NCBI RefSeq assembly: GCF_001412615.1
Contig: NZ_CP013011.1
Location: 30,001-62,000, forward strand
Direction: 5' to 3'
DNA from: Pyrodictium delaneyi
Lineage (GTDB): Archaea > Thermoproteota > Thermoprotei_A > Sulfolobales > Pyrodictiaceae
DNA: 32,000 nucleotides
Shown in pieces: positions 17,653 to 26,301 of the stretch. The translations under genes were made by a program, and so were the position numbers. The notes beneath the pieces were generated by a model. It was not told the origin of the DNA. It saw only the letters and a list, made by a program, of their open reading frames with translations, and ran no database searches. Every line of letters starts with the position of its first letter. Within the stretch, counting starts at the first letter, position 1.

Positions 17653-17760
17653 TTACCACTCCTCCTCTTCCCATTCCTCCTCTTCTTCTTCCCACCATTC
17701 TTCTTCCTCTTCTTCTTCCTCCCACCACTCCTCTTCCTCGTCTAGAAGGAGCCACTTCAT
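17653..17760 (-). CDS. Candidate 35-aa micro-protein MKWLLLDEEEEWWEEEEEEEEWWEEEEEEWEEEEW (may instead be a non-coding polypurine tract)
   Basis: My own translation, with ATG at 17760-17758 and TAA at 17655-17653. GGTGG lies 7-11 nt upstream (17767-17771), and AATTAAAG, a TATA-like box, lies ~55 nt upstream (17812-17819). A T5 run follows on the coding strand at 17600-17604. It is too short for the supplied ORF track. Confidence 0.3.
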   Translation of the reverse strand: MKWLLLDEEEEWWEEEEEEEEWWEEEEEEWEEEEW

Positions 17761-17865
17761 CGTGAGCCACCACAGTTAATCGCTTCCACGCTTCAGCTAC
17801 TCCCGGAGCTTCTTTAATTGTTTCCCCATCACTTTTCCAGGCTAGCTATGGGAATCAAAAGAGAG

Positions 17866-18399
17866 CTATAGTGTCTCCGAGAAGCGGTAGATCCGCTCCT
17901 CTATAGGGAATACAGCTAAACGAGTCACCCTGGAGCGGTAATGGCTACATTCGGTATCTACACAGTTCTCTACGGGCTCTAGTCTCTCTGACGGTCTCGG
18001 TACGGCCTCGCCGGCCTTGATGCTGTACGCTAGGGCTATTACTACGTGCTCTCCAGGCCTGGGCGCATACTCCTCAAGGACTTTAGCAATGTTCCTCTGG
18101 CCAGCAAGATACAAGAGTACATCTATGCCGGGGTTCCTAGCTATACCGTACCCCTGGATGCGTGTAGTGTAAACTGCTAGTATGGTTGACGCTATTTCCC
18201 AGGCGCAGTAGCTCTTAGCGAGCCTCGCTGGTATAATGGAGGCAAGTACTCCCCTATCCCAGGCGCTACGTAGCTCTTCCTCGAGGCCGTTACTATACCT
18301 GGTACAGTAAAGTTCGACGGCTACTCTACCTATCCCCGGTAGTAGCTGTACCCATTCTACGCGTGTTGAAGATCTTTTTGATGAATTCAATATCCTCAC
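17866..18399 (-). CDS. cgi121: KEOPS complex subunit Cgi121-like protein
   Basis: IARNPGIDVLLYLAGQRNIAKVLEEY..GEHVVIAL parallels the Cgi121 block (I recall M. jannaschii IAKSFWMEILVRASGQRQIHEAIKIIG..GNVCLIC). The ORF overlaps the upstream gene by 74 nt, so the true start is probably internal, near 18360. Confidence 0.55.
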   Translation of the reverse strand: MRILNSSKRSSTRVEWVQLLPGIGRVAVELYCTRYSNGLEEELRSAWDRGVLASIIPARLAKSYCAWEIASTILAVYTTRIQGYGIARNPGIDVLLYLAGQRNIAKVLEEYAPRPGEHVVIALAYSIKAGEAVPRPSERLEPVENCVDTECSHYRSRVTRLAVFPIEERIYRFSETL

Positions 18400-18958
18400 C
18401 TGTTATTTTCGATACTGTCTCTAGGCTGAGTCCCTTCTTCTTTACGAGTTCCTCAACGGTCTCAGCCTTGTCCCAGGGGAATATTATCCAGGCGTCCGTC
18501 TCTTCAGCGTAGAAGTCCGGCCTATGCATAGACCATGGCTTGAGGTATAGTGCCGCGGTGAATATCTTGCGTGGGCCATAGTGTGTTAGGAAGTTTATGG
18601 CTATATTGAGCGTCTTACCGGTATCAGCTACATCGTCTACAACTAGCACGACCTTGTCCCTAATATCTACTATTAGCGGTTGTGTAACGACAGGCCTCTC
18701 AGCGGTCTCACCGATACCGCGGTAGAACTTGACCTCTAGCGCTCCCATGGCGGGAGTTCCGAGGTAATCGGAGAGGAGCCTAGCAGGTATCCACCCGCCC
18801 CTTAGTACGCCCACGATAACGTCGACCTTTACGCCTTTAGCAGAGATTTCTTCAGCAATCCTGGCACAGCCTTCCTCGACCTCACGCCAGGTGACAGGCT
18901 TAAATTTGACAGGATCGGGGTGAGGCTGGTCAACCATGACTATGGCGGCCCCCGCCAC
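18326..18958 (-). CDS. Purine (hypoxanthine/xanthine-guanine type) phosphoribosyltransferase
   Basis: 210-aa ORF with the PRPP-binding motif VVLVVDDVADTGKTL and VIVGVLRGGWIPARLL. The TATA-like CTTTATACC lies ~35-40 nt upstream on the minus strand. Confidence 0.75.
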   Translation of the reverse strand: MAGAAIVMVDQPHPDPVKFKPVTWREVEEGCARIAEEISAKGVKVDVIVGVLRGGWIPARLLSDYLGTPAMGALEVKFYRGIGETAERPVVTQPLIVDIRDKVVLVVDDVADTGKTLNIAINFLTHYGPRKIFTAALYLKPWSMHRPDFYAEETDAWIIFPWDKAETVEELVKKKGLSLETVSKITGEDIEFIKKIFNTRRMGTATTGDR

Positions 18959-19219
18959 CTCTATGCAGGTGTGGCTGCCTCTCGCCTAGGCGGTATAAAG
19001 CATAGCCGTGTCATGTAGAACTATAGCCAGGCAGAGAATACAATAAATCTCCTATAAGGAGTAGTTCAAGCATGATGTAATGGCGAGAAATCTTCAATCA
19101 GTATCCTGGTTAGCCCTGGAAATCTAAGAAGTAGAAGGTGACGCGATGCAGGAATTCAATACGGGCAAGAGAAGTAAACTCTATTGTTTAGGCATGAAGT
19201 AAAGTGAGTCGCAGGTATA

Positions 19220-19528
19220 TTACTGGCTCTGAGAAGTCTCGGTAGCTTGTTGCGTCTGCTCCTGCTGTGCTTGACCAAAGAGTGCAGCACGTGTCTCCTC
19301 GGCGTGCTGTTGCTCTATAAGATATTGCAGTTGGCCAGTCCTCTTGTAGAGTCTTACTAATCTGGTGACGTAGCCTGCTATCTGGTTCCTAAGCTTCTTC
19401 GAAGGGGTTTCTATGAGCTGTGATACTACACGCTTATTGTGTTCGAAATCCTCTGTGAACAGGTCGGGGTACAGTGTTATGAGTTTGCGTGCTGTACGCT
19501 TGACGATGCCAATCCGCACCTTACCCAT
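19220..19528 (-). CDS. rps17e: 30S ribosomal protein S17e, with a Gln-rich C-terminal extension
   Basis: From Met54 of the 155-aa ORF (ATG 19528) the sequence is [35 protein letters not shown], the S17e signature. The upstream 53 codons are hydrophobic junk and overlap the thermosome start. Confidence 0.88.
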   Translation of the reverse strand: MGKVRIGIVKRTARKLITLYPDLFTEDFEHNKRVVSQLIETPSKKLRNQIAGYVTRLVRLYKRTGQLQYLIEQQHAEETRAALFGQAQQEQTQQATETSQSQ

Positions 19529-19597
19529 TACGCGCCCCCAGCCAGGCCTTGCCTTCCCCGGGGAGATATACCTTATGGAGAGCGAGGAACAGTAAGG

Positions 19598-19605
19598 TTT
19601 ATATA
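19598..19605. promoter_or_regulatory. Palindromic TATA box (TTTATATA) in the divergent S17e / thermosome intergenic region
   Basis: It lies ~65 nt upstream of the thermosome ATG 19669, which has GAGGTG (SD-like) at 19657-19662. A second TATA-like element, GTATATC on the minus strand (19563-19569), lies ~40 nt upstream of the S17e ATG. Confidence 0.45.
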
Positions 19606-19668
19606 GAAGCACTCTGAAGGCAACACACACGGACACAAGGACATAAGGGACGCTTAGAGGTGTAAACC

Positions 19669-21363
19669 ATGGCTGCACGTATCGCAACTGTGGAGCCTAC
19701 TGGCGTACCAGTGCTAATCCTCAAGGAGGGTACCCAGAGGACCTACGGTAAAGAGGCACTACGCGCAAATATAATGATAGTGCGTGCAATCGCAGAGACT
19801 TTGCGCACCACATACGGTCCTAAGGGTATGGACAAGATGCTAGTAGACAGCCTAGGCGACATAACAATAACCAACGACGGTGCGACTATACTCGACAAGA
19901 TGGACGTACAGCACCCAACAGCCAAGCTAGTAGTCCAGATAGCTAAGGGCCAGGACGAGGAGGTAGGCGACGGTACAAAGACTGCAGTGATATTCTCCGG
20001 CGAGCTACTCCGCTTTGCTGAGGAGCTACTCGACAAGAACGTGCATCCAACAATAATCATCAGCGGCTACAAGAAGGCAGCTGAGGAGGCCATAAAGAAG
20101 CTATATGAGCTAGCCGAGCCTATCGACATAGAGAACGAGGAGATCCTCAAGAAGATAGCTAAGACAAGCCTAACAAGCAAAGCAGTGCACGGTGCACGCG
20201 AGTACCTAGCAGAGATAGTCGTAAGGGCAGTCAAGCAGGTAACCGAGAAACGTGGCGACAAGTGGTACATAGACCTCGACAGCATACAAATAATCAAGAA
20301 GCATGGTGGTGGACTCCGTGACACCCAGCTAATCTACGGTATTGTGCTCGACAAGGAGGTTGTACACCCTGGCATGCCCAGGAAGGTTGAGAACGCTTAC
20401 ATTGTACTCCTCGACGCTCCACTAGAGGTCGAGAAGCCGGAGATCGACGCCGAGATAAGGATCAGTGACCCGACATACTTGAAGAAGTTCCTCGAAGAGG
20501 AGGAGCGCATCCTCGAGGAAATGGTTGAGAAGATCTATAGTGTTGCTGTTGAGCGTATGAAGAAGGATGGTCTGGAGCCCGGTAAGGCTGGCATCGTGGT
20601 AATAACCCAGAAGGGCATCGACGAGGTAGCACAGCACTTCCTAGCCAAGAAGGGCATAATGGCAGTAAGAAGAGTAAAGAGGAGCGACATTGAGAAGATA
20701 GCTAAGGCCACTGGTGCCAGAATAGTAAGCAACGTCGAGGACCTAACACCAAACGACCTTGGTTTCGCTAAGCTAGTAGAGGAGAGGAAGGTCGGCGAGG
20801 ACAAGATGGTGTTCATAGAGGGCTGCCCCAACCCCAAGGCAGTAACGATACTCATACGTGCTGGTCTAGAGAGGCTAGTAGACGAAGCTGAGAGAAGTAT
20901 ACAGGACGCGATGCATGCAGTAGCCGACGCCATAAGGGATGGTAAGATAGTCAGTGGTGGTGGCGCTGTAGAGGTAGAGCTAGCCAAGTACCTACGCGAG
21001 CTAGCGCCAAAGGTTGGCGGTAAGGAGCAGCTAGCTATAGAGGCATTCGCACGCGCCCTAGAAGGCCTACCAATGGCACTAGCAGAGAACGCTGGCCTAG
21101 ACCCAGTAGAGATAATGATGAAGCTACGTGCTGCACACTCTAAGCCAGAGGGTAAGTGGTATGGCATTAACGTATTCACCGGTGAAGTTGAGGACATGAT
21201 GAAGCTAGGCGTAATAGAGCCGGTAAGCATTAAGGCCAACGCCATCAAGGCTGGTACAGAGGCAGCAACAATGGTGCTAAGGATAGACGACATAATCGCT
21301 GCTGCACGCCGCGAAGAGAAGGAAGAGGAGAAGAAGGAGGAAGAGGAGAAAGAGGAGGAGTAA
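19669..21363 (+). CDS. ths: Thermosome subunit (group II chaperonin)
   Basis: 564-aa [37 protein letters not shown] and an acidic EEKEEE tail are canonical group II chaperonin blocks. Confidence 0.96.
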   Translation: MAARIATVEPTGVPVLILKEGTQRTYGKEALRANIMIVRAIAETLRTTYGPKGMDKMLVDSLGDITITNDGATILDKMDVQHPTAKLVVQIAKGQDEEVGDGTKTAVIFSGELLRFAEELLDKNVHPTIIISGYKKAAEEAIKKLYELAEPIDIENEEILKKIAKTSLTSKAVHGAREYLAEIVVRAVKQVTEKRGDKWYIDLDSIQIIKKHGGGLRDTQLIYGIVLDKEVVHPGMPRKVENAYIVLLDAPLEVEKPEIDAEIRISDPTYLKKFLEEEERILEEMVEKIYSVAVERMKKDGLEPGKAGIVVITQKGIDEVAQHFLAKKGIMAVRRVKRSDIEKIAKATGARIVSNVEDLTPNDLGFAKLVEERKVGEDKMVFIEGCPNPKAVTILIRAGLERLVDEAERSIQDAMHAVADAIRDGKIVSGGGAVEVELAKYLRELAPKVGGKEQLAIEAFARALEGLPMALAENAGLDPVEIMMKLRAAHSKPEGKWYGINVFTGEVEDMMKLGVIEPVSIKANAIKAGTEAATMVLRIDDIIAAARREEKEEEKKEEEEKEEE

Positions 21364-21387
21364 AACCCCTAGCCTCTAATCCCCAAG

Positions 21388-21392
21388 TTTTT
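21388..21392 (+). terminator. T5 tract, a possible archaeal terminator, after the thermosome gene
   Basis: AAGTTTTTAG lies 25 nt after the stop codon. Archaeal termination commonly uses oligo-T tracts. Confidence 0.3.
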
Positions 21393-21549
21393 AGCCGTAA
21401 TATACACGCATAAACGTCGTATTATCTGTCCTAGTTCTTCTGAGGCGCTTCCGTATTCTCGGCCCCTGGCTGGTTAATGCCCATATAGCGGTCTAGCCTC
21501 CTTTTGACTGCTAAAGTAAAGGTAACTATGCATGTAGTCGTAGACAAGG

Positions 21550-22206
21550 ATGGATACCTCCTCTCAGCAAGGGGCCACATTCGGCTGGGCACAGTCGAAA
21601 CCTATTGGGGGGTCAGTGTTGATAGTTGTTGCTGGCACGCCTGGAACAGGAAAGAGCCTGCTAGGAGTAAACCTCTCCAGGATGCTGAAACGCAAGTTTA
21701 CTACGATATCGTGGATCGTGTTAGAGAAGGGGTTATGGCTACACTATGATGCGGCGCGTCGGAGCTTCGTCATAGACGATAGAGCTATCATAGAGACGCT
21801 CCGAAAATATACAGACTACGTAGTCGAAACACACTGGCTCGAACTCTTCGAGTCTATTGCTGATAGTATTGAGGGTGTGATAGTAACCCGTTGTAACCCA
21901 GTCATACTGCTTGAGAGGCTCGAGAGAAGGGGTTGGCCTGCGCGCAAGATAGCCGAGAATGTGGAAGCAGAGCTGACAGGTGTAATAGCCGGAGAAGCTA
22001 GAGCTTTAGCTGAAAAAGGTATACCAGTAGTCGAGATAGATACGACCCGCGGAAAGCCATCTAGTAACGCAGCTTTGGCTATAGATATGCTTAGGAAAGG
22101 TGAGAGCAACTGTTGTATAGACTGGCTAGCTATCCTAGACGAGAAGAAGCTAGAATTTTTGCTGGAAAGACTCGCTAGACTCTCTAGTGGCGTGAATACG
22201 ACATGA
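21550..22206 (+). CDS. Fap7/AK6-type NTPase (putative adenylate kinase involved in small-subunit rRNA maturation)
   Basis: It has the P-loop VAGTPGTGKS and the block VIVTRCNPVILLERLERRGWPARKIAENVEAEL, typical of Fap7/AK6. The likely true start is GTG 21616 (VLIVVAGTPG). Its stop overlaps the next gene's start (ATGA at 22203-22206). Confidence 0.75.
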   Translation: MDTSSQQGATFGWAQSKPIGGSVLIVVAGTPGTGKSLLGVNLSRMLKRKFTTISWIVLEKGLWLHYDAARRSFVIDDRAIIETLRKYTDYVVETHWLELFESIADSIEGVIVTRCNPVILLERLERRGWPARKIAENVEAELTGVIAGEARALAEKGIPVVEIDTTRGKPSSNAALAIDMLRKGESNCCIDWLAILDEKKLEFLLERLARLSSGVNTT

Positions 22207-22850
22207 GTAAAGAAGTTTCGGAGCTAAGAATAGCTGAGATAAATGTGCGTGAGATCGCACAAGAGTTTAGGAAGTTAATATCTGAGATAGACTCGATACT
22301 CTCCCAGAGAGAAGAGGCTCGGGATAACCTCATCAAGTCTGGTAGGGACATCATAAAAATGTCTGGATGGACTATTAATGCGCTTCACCGCGGACTCATA
22401 GAGGAAGCCAGAGGCTACATCAAGGAAATGGATAAGCTTGTAAGGAGTTTCATAGAGCTTGCCTCGAGTGATAGCTTTCTACGTGAAAGTGGTTTTGTCT
22501 ATAATGTTCTCTCAGAGTACGTAGAAGCAAAGGTATTCTATAGTATAGTAGTTGAGGGCCGTGTACCGAGCCACCACGAGCTAGGAGTACATGAAGTACC
22601 CTATCTACAGGGTATAGGTGATGTCTTAGGGGAGCTTAGGCGTCTCGCACTAGATCTGATGCGCGTAGATAGGCTCAGAGATGCCGAGGTTATACTCGAG
22701 CTGATGGAGGCGTTATACTACGAGATGCGGGCGCTAGAGTATCCTGATGCACTTATACCAGGCGTAAGGCACAAGGTAGACGTTGCTCGACGCTTGATAG
22801 ATGATACCAAGTCACTGCTTCTCAGCATAAAAGCCAGGAAAGGGTGCTAA
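22203..22850 (+). CDS. Translin-family protein
   Basis: 215-aa all-helical ORF. VPYLQGIGDVLGELRRLAL resembles the translin/TRAX motif YLLG.ADLTGEL.R. Confidence 0.6.
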   Translation: MSKEVSELRIAEINVREIAQEFRKLISEIDSILSQREEARDNLIKSGRDIIKMSGWTINALHRGLIEEARGYIKEMDKLVRSFIELASSDSFLRESGFVYNVLSEYVEAKVFYSIVVEGRVPSHHELGVHEVPYLQGIGDVLGELRRLALDLMRVDRLRDAEVILELMEALYYEMRALEYPDALIPGVRHKVDVARRLIDDTKSLLLSIKARKGC

Positions 22851-22856
22851 CCAGAC

Positions 22857-23204
22857 ATGTATGTAAATAGAATGGATCCTGTTGAAGCATTCAAGCTAGT
22901 ATTATGCAGATATCTCATTGACCGGGGTGACATGTTATTCTCGATGGCTAGAGCTACTGGGCAAAAGACGTTAAAGGTGGCACTATATGGGCTCTGGCGG
23001 CGCCACGAGGCAGAGGAAACAGGATACTTACAGTTCATGGACATTGTGGAGGAGCTAGCAGAGTGTAATAGCTGCCTCGAGAAATTGAAGGAAATAGGTG
23101 TTCTCGAATTCGTGGAGATCGATAGAGACCCATACATGGTAGTGGATGTTGACAAACTTCATAGCTTCTTTGAGGAATGCGGCAGGACGGATGCTAGTGT
23201 ATAG
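22857..23204 (+). CDS. Hypothetical protein
   Basis: 115-aa ORF starting 6 nt after the translin gene on the same strand. No recognised motif. Confidence 0.45.
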   Translation: MYVNRMDPVEAFKLVLCRYLIDRGDMLFSMARATGQKTLKVALYGLWRRHEAEETGYLQFMDIVEELAECNSCLEKLKEIGVLEFVEIDRDPYMVVDVDKLHSFFEECGRTDASV

Positions 23205-23279
23205 AGAGGCATCGCGGCTTCAATATCCTGAGAGCTTAGGAATAGGAGGAGGATTGCCGGAGGGGGCTTGCTGTGCTTG

Positions 23280-23367
23280 TGGCGCCGGGGGCGGGATTTG
23301 AACCCGCGCGGGGTGGACCCCCACCGGCTTAGCAGGCCGGCGCCCTACCAGGCTAGGCGACCCCGGC
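23280..23367 (-). tRNA. tRNA-Ser (anticodon GCU), long variable arm, CCA encoded
   Basis: Reverse complement: GCCGGGG..CCGGC CUGCUAA GCCGG UGGGGGUCCACCCCGCG CGGG UUCAAAU CCCG CCCCGGC G CCA. The anticodon loop reads GCU, and the 17-nt variable arm is typical of class II Ser tRNA. Confidence 0.92.
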
Positions 23368-23428
23368 ATCCATTTTATGGGAGACAAGAGGATTTAGGTG
23401 GTTAAATCCTTTTCTCGGTTGGGGTGCC

Positions 23429-24169
23429 GTGAATACTTTGGTGGAGCCTTCGTGGCCTCCACGTATAGTTCTGGAGAAAATTGCACGCCACATAGCTGGA
23501 GAAATTGTGATGAGCGAGCATCCTGGTAGTGTTCTGCGTAAGTGGCGTGAGATATTCGCAGCAAGTCAACTTGATGTTGCTAGACACATGGGTGTGACTC
23601 CTAGCGTTATTAGTGACTACGAGAAAGGACGTAGAACACCAGGCTCCCTCTTCATCAGGAGGTTCGTAGAGGCTCTTCTTGATATTGACAGTGAGCGTGG
23701 CTGGAGTGTTGTCTCCCGTCTTGCTAAAATGTTGCAGTTAAATTATCTTGGTGCTGTGATAGATATGAGAGAGTTTGAGACGGGTGTAACGCTTGAAGAA
23801 ATAATCACGCGTGTGAAGGGCATCCCAATTAATTCTTACCTTCTAGATGAACGTATCTATGGATACACTATTGTGGATAGCCTTAAGGCTATTATGAGTC
23901 TAACGGGTAGCGAGTTCCTACACTTGCTAGGTTCGACTACGCAGCGCGTCGTAGTGTTTACCAGGGTTACTACTGGGAGAAGTCCTATGATAGCTTTGAG
24001 AGTGTCTACTATCAAGCCAGCCGCCATAGTGCTTCATGGTCCTCGCAAGCTTGACTATCTAGCTGTTTGGATGGCTGAGAGTGAAAGAATACCAGTCATA
24101 TTGAGTATGGCTAGAAATATCGAAGAGCTTGTCAAGAACCTTCGGCAGCTTGTTTTCTCTCCTCGATAA
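23429..24169 (+). CDS. XRE-family helix-turn-helix transcriptional regulator with a conserved archaeal C-terminal domain
   Basis: LRKWREIFAASQLDVARHMGVTPSVISDYEKGRR is a classic HTH_3/XRE motif. GTG start at 23429; Met28 is an alternative. Confidence 0.7.
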   Translation: MNTLVEPSWPPRIVLEKIARHIAGEIVMSEHPGSVLRKWREIFAASQLDVARHMGVTPSVISDYEKGRRTPGSLFIRRFVEALLDIDSERGWSVVSRLAKMLQLNYLGAVIDMREFETGVTLEEIITRVKGIPINSYLLDERIYGYTIVDSLKAIMSLTGSEFLHLLGSTTQRVVVFTRVTTGRSPMIALRVSTIKPAAIVLHGPRKLDYLAVWMAESERIPVILSMARNIEELVKNLRQLVFSPR

Positions 24170-24518
24170 GCATTATAGCTGCTGCTATGTCGCCCTCAGC
24201 CTCCTCTAATGCGTGTCTAGCCTCTTCAAGGCTTACACCAGTTTGTTCAGCTACAAGCTTTACATCATCTTCGCTAAATGCGGGTGATGGCTCTTCGGTT
24301 CCAGCTTCTCTTTCCTCAACATACTGTGCTGTTACTTGCATCATTATTGCTCCTCCAGGCATCTTGACTATTAGTACTTGTGGAGCTGTGAGTACAAGTT
24401 CCTTGCCGTCATGTCTGCGTACTATTACCTCTTCAGCATCTATAGTATCGATATCTACATTTTTTAGTCCAAGTCTCTTTAGCTGCCTCTTCAGCTCTCC
24501 GGGGCTGAATCTGAACAT
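24132..24518 (-). CDS. nac: Nascent polypeptide-associated complex protein (archaeal NAC, with a C-terminal UBA domain)
   Basis: 128-aa ORF with the NAC beta-barrel region (EEVIVRRHDGKELVLTAPQVLIVKMPGG) and a UBA-like tail (DVKLVAEQTGVSLEEARHALEEAEGDIAAAIMLI). Confidence 0.85.
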   Translation of the reverse strand: MFRFSPGELKRQLKRLGLKNVDIDTIDAEEVIVRRHDGKELVLTAPQVLIVKMPGGAIMMQVTAQYVEEREAGTEEPSPAFSEDDVKLVAEQTGVSLEEARHALEEAEGDIAAAIMLIEERKQAAEGS

Positions 24519-24719
24519 GCATAAGCACCTCCTACTTAGTTAGTGTTCTCGGTTTGTGGCGCCTCTTGTAAGCCTCCTAGGTTACTGCTACAAGTCATTA
24601 TAGTATATAATGGTTAGTTTGTGTCGCCCGTTTAACGGGGTTGCCACCATTCGTGTGTTGATTAGAAATTGACATCTGCCAGAAATTAAAGGAATTAATA
24701 ATAGGGGTGGGTAATAGAG

Positions 24720-26003
24720 TTGAATAACCCTGTAATAAGGATACTGGGTGGTGGAAAAGAAGTCGGTAGAATGTCTGTACTCGTTAGACGAAGCAAAGAA
24801 GATAAGCATGGTATATTGCTAGACGCGGGTGTAAACTTCGACGATGAGGATAGGCCAGTCTTTGCGGCAACCTATCCACCTAAATATGTTGATGCTATAG
24901 TAATGAGTCATGCACACCTGGATCACATAGGTACAGCACCAATGTACTTTATCTCAGGAAGCCCTAAGGTGTATGCGACACGGCCTACAGCACAGATGGC
25001 CAAGCTAATGCTAGAGGACTTCCTAAAGCTCAATGGCTATTACTCACCATACGAGCATCGTGAGGTAAAGGCTCTACTTGATGCAGTAGAGTACGTCAGA
25101 TACGGTCAGCGTATAGACATAGACGGAGTAGAACTTTCAGTATATTCTGCCGGACATATTCCAGGTAGTACGTTTTCAGTAATAGACATAGATGGAGTCA
25201 AAATAGGGTTTACAGGGGATATAAACACAATAGAGACTAAACTAATGAAACCAGCACACCTTGATTCGATAGGCAAAGTAGATGTACTAATAACTGAAGC
25301 TACCTACGGTTCTAGTCTTCACCCGCCGCGTGCCAGAGCCGAGGAGAGGCTACTCTCCATAATAGAAGAGGTTATTGATCGCAGAGGCACTGTACTCATA
25401 CCAGCGTTTAGCATAGCAAGAGGACAAGAAATAATGATGATTCTCGCAGAACACGATCCCGGCGTACCTGTATATGTAGACGGTATGATTAGAAAAGTTA
25501 CTGAGATATTCCTCGAGAATAGTGAGTATATCAACAACCCAAGCTTGCTACGCAAGGCTTTCAATGAGTTCAATATAGTTAAGGGATGGCGCGACCGTAA
25601 CAGAGCCTGGAAACATCCTAGCATAATAATAGCGTCAGCCGGCATGCTAAAGGGAGGACCCAGCCTATACTACCTCAAGCGTATCGGTGGAAATCCTAAG
25701 AATGCCGTCATACTCGTTAGCTTCCAGGCACCGGGCTCTCATGGTCGCAGAGTTGTAGAGGAGGGACTAATGCCTGGCAGCGAAGAGCCTGTAAGAGCCC
25801 GTGTGGAATGGCTCGACTTTAGCAGTCATGCAGACCGTAAAGGTCTCCTCGAAGTAGTTAAAGCTACCAAACCCAGAGAAGTAGTCATAATACATAGCGA
25901 AGAGGATGTAGCGCAAAAGTATGCAGAATATCTGCAGGAAACCGGGGTACCAGAAAAAGTAGTAATAGGCGAAAATAACTCAGATATACCAATAGAATTA
26001 TGA
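24720..26003 (+). CDS. Beta-CASP metallo-beta-lactamase ribonuclease (aCPSF2 / RNase J-like group, no KH domains)
   Basis: 427-aa ORF with a TTG start. It has the MBL motif MSHAHLDHIG, GHIPGS, FTGD, EATYG and a C-terminal HADR-type motif (SSHADRKGL). Confidence 0.8.
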   Translation: MNNPVIRILGGGKEVGRMSVLVRRSKEDKHGILLDAGVNFDDEDRPVFAATYPPKYVDAIVMSHAHLDHIGTAPMYFISGSPKVYATRPTAQMAKLMLEDFLKLNGYYSPYEHREVKALLDAVEYVRYGQRIDIDGVELSVYSAGHIPGSTFSVIDIDGVKIGFTGDINTIETKLMKPAHLDSIGKVDVLITEATYGSSLHPPRARAEERLLSIIEEVIDRRGTVLIPAFSIARGQEIMMILAEHDPGVPVYVDGMIRKVTEIFLENSEYINNPSLLRKAFNEFNIVKGWRDRNRAWKHPSIIIASAGMLKGGPSLYYLKRIGGNPKNAVILVSFQAPGSHGRRVVEEGLMPGSEEPVRARVEWLDFSSHADRKGLLEVVKATKPREVVIIHSEEDVAQKYAEYLQETGVPEKVVIGENNSDIPIEL

Positions 26004-26141
26004 CAGAGCCAATAATGCTTTCAGCTAAATATCTTATTAAAGCCTTAGAAGCAAAGCAGTACAAACCTTTGTGGCTAATTCTCCAGGATGGAAATTGAGT
26101 TGATACCGTTAGGCAAGGTATTAGGAGGGAGGCCCGGGCGG

Positions 26142-26301
26142 TGGTCCCGCCGCGGGGATTCGAACCCCGGACCGCCCGGTATCTGCCTCCCAGGCCCCCG
26201 ATGCCGACGCGCCCTCATCCAGCCCCCGTCGGGGGTGTCGGGCGCGTGGGGGGCCTGAGCCCCACCTACAGCCGGGCGCTCTGCCGCTGAGCTACGGCGG
26301 G
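26142..26301 (-). tRNA. tRNA-Tyr (anticodon GUA) with an 85-nt intron at the canonical 37/38 position
   Basis: Exon 1 (26301-26266): CCCGCCG UA GCUC AGCGGCA GAGC G CCCGG CUGUAG. Exon 2 (26180-26142): A CCGGG CGGUC CGGGG UUCGAAU CCCCG CGGCGGG A CCA. The C1-G72 pair is the archaeal Tyr identity pair. The intron spans 26265-26181. CUGU (32-35) can pair with intron GCAG, flanked by the 3-nt bulges AG|G and AU|A. Confidence 0.88.

Noticed and set aside
19072-19130. C/D box sRNA candidate starting at ATGATGT
   Set aside because: No CUGA D or D' box lies at an appropriate distance on that strand.
19529-19687. 53-codon N-terminal extension of the S17e ORF, overlapping the thermosome start
   Set aside because: S17e universally starts at MGKVR. 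The extension covers the divergent promoter region.
20535-21293. 252-aa antisense ORF inside the thermosome gene, plus several shorter antisense ORFs there and in other genes
   Set aside because: It has low-complexity Ser/Ala/Leu-rich composition typical of the reverse frame of a GAR/GCN-rich gene. The sense gene is unambiguous.
21504-21749. 81-aa ORF overlapping the start of the Fap7 gene in another frame
   Set aside because: It has no recognisable features. The Fap7 frame carries the P-loop, and the real Fap7 start is probably GTG 21616.
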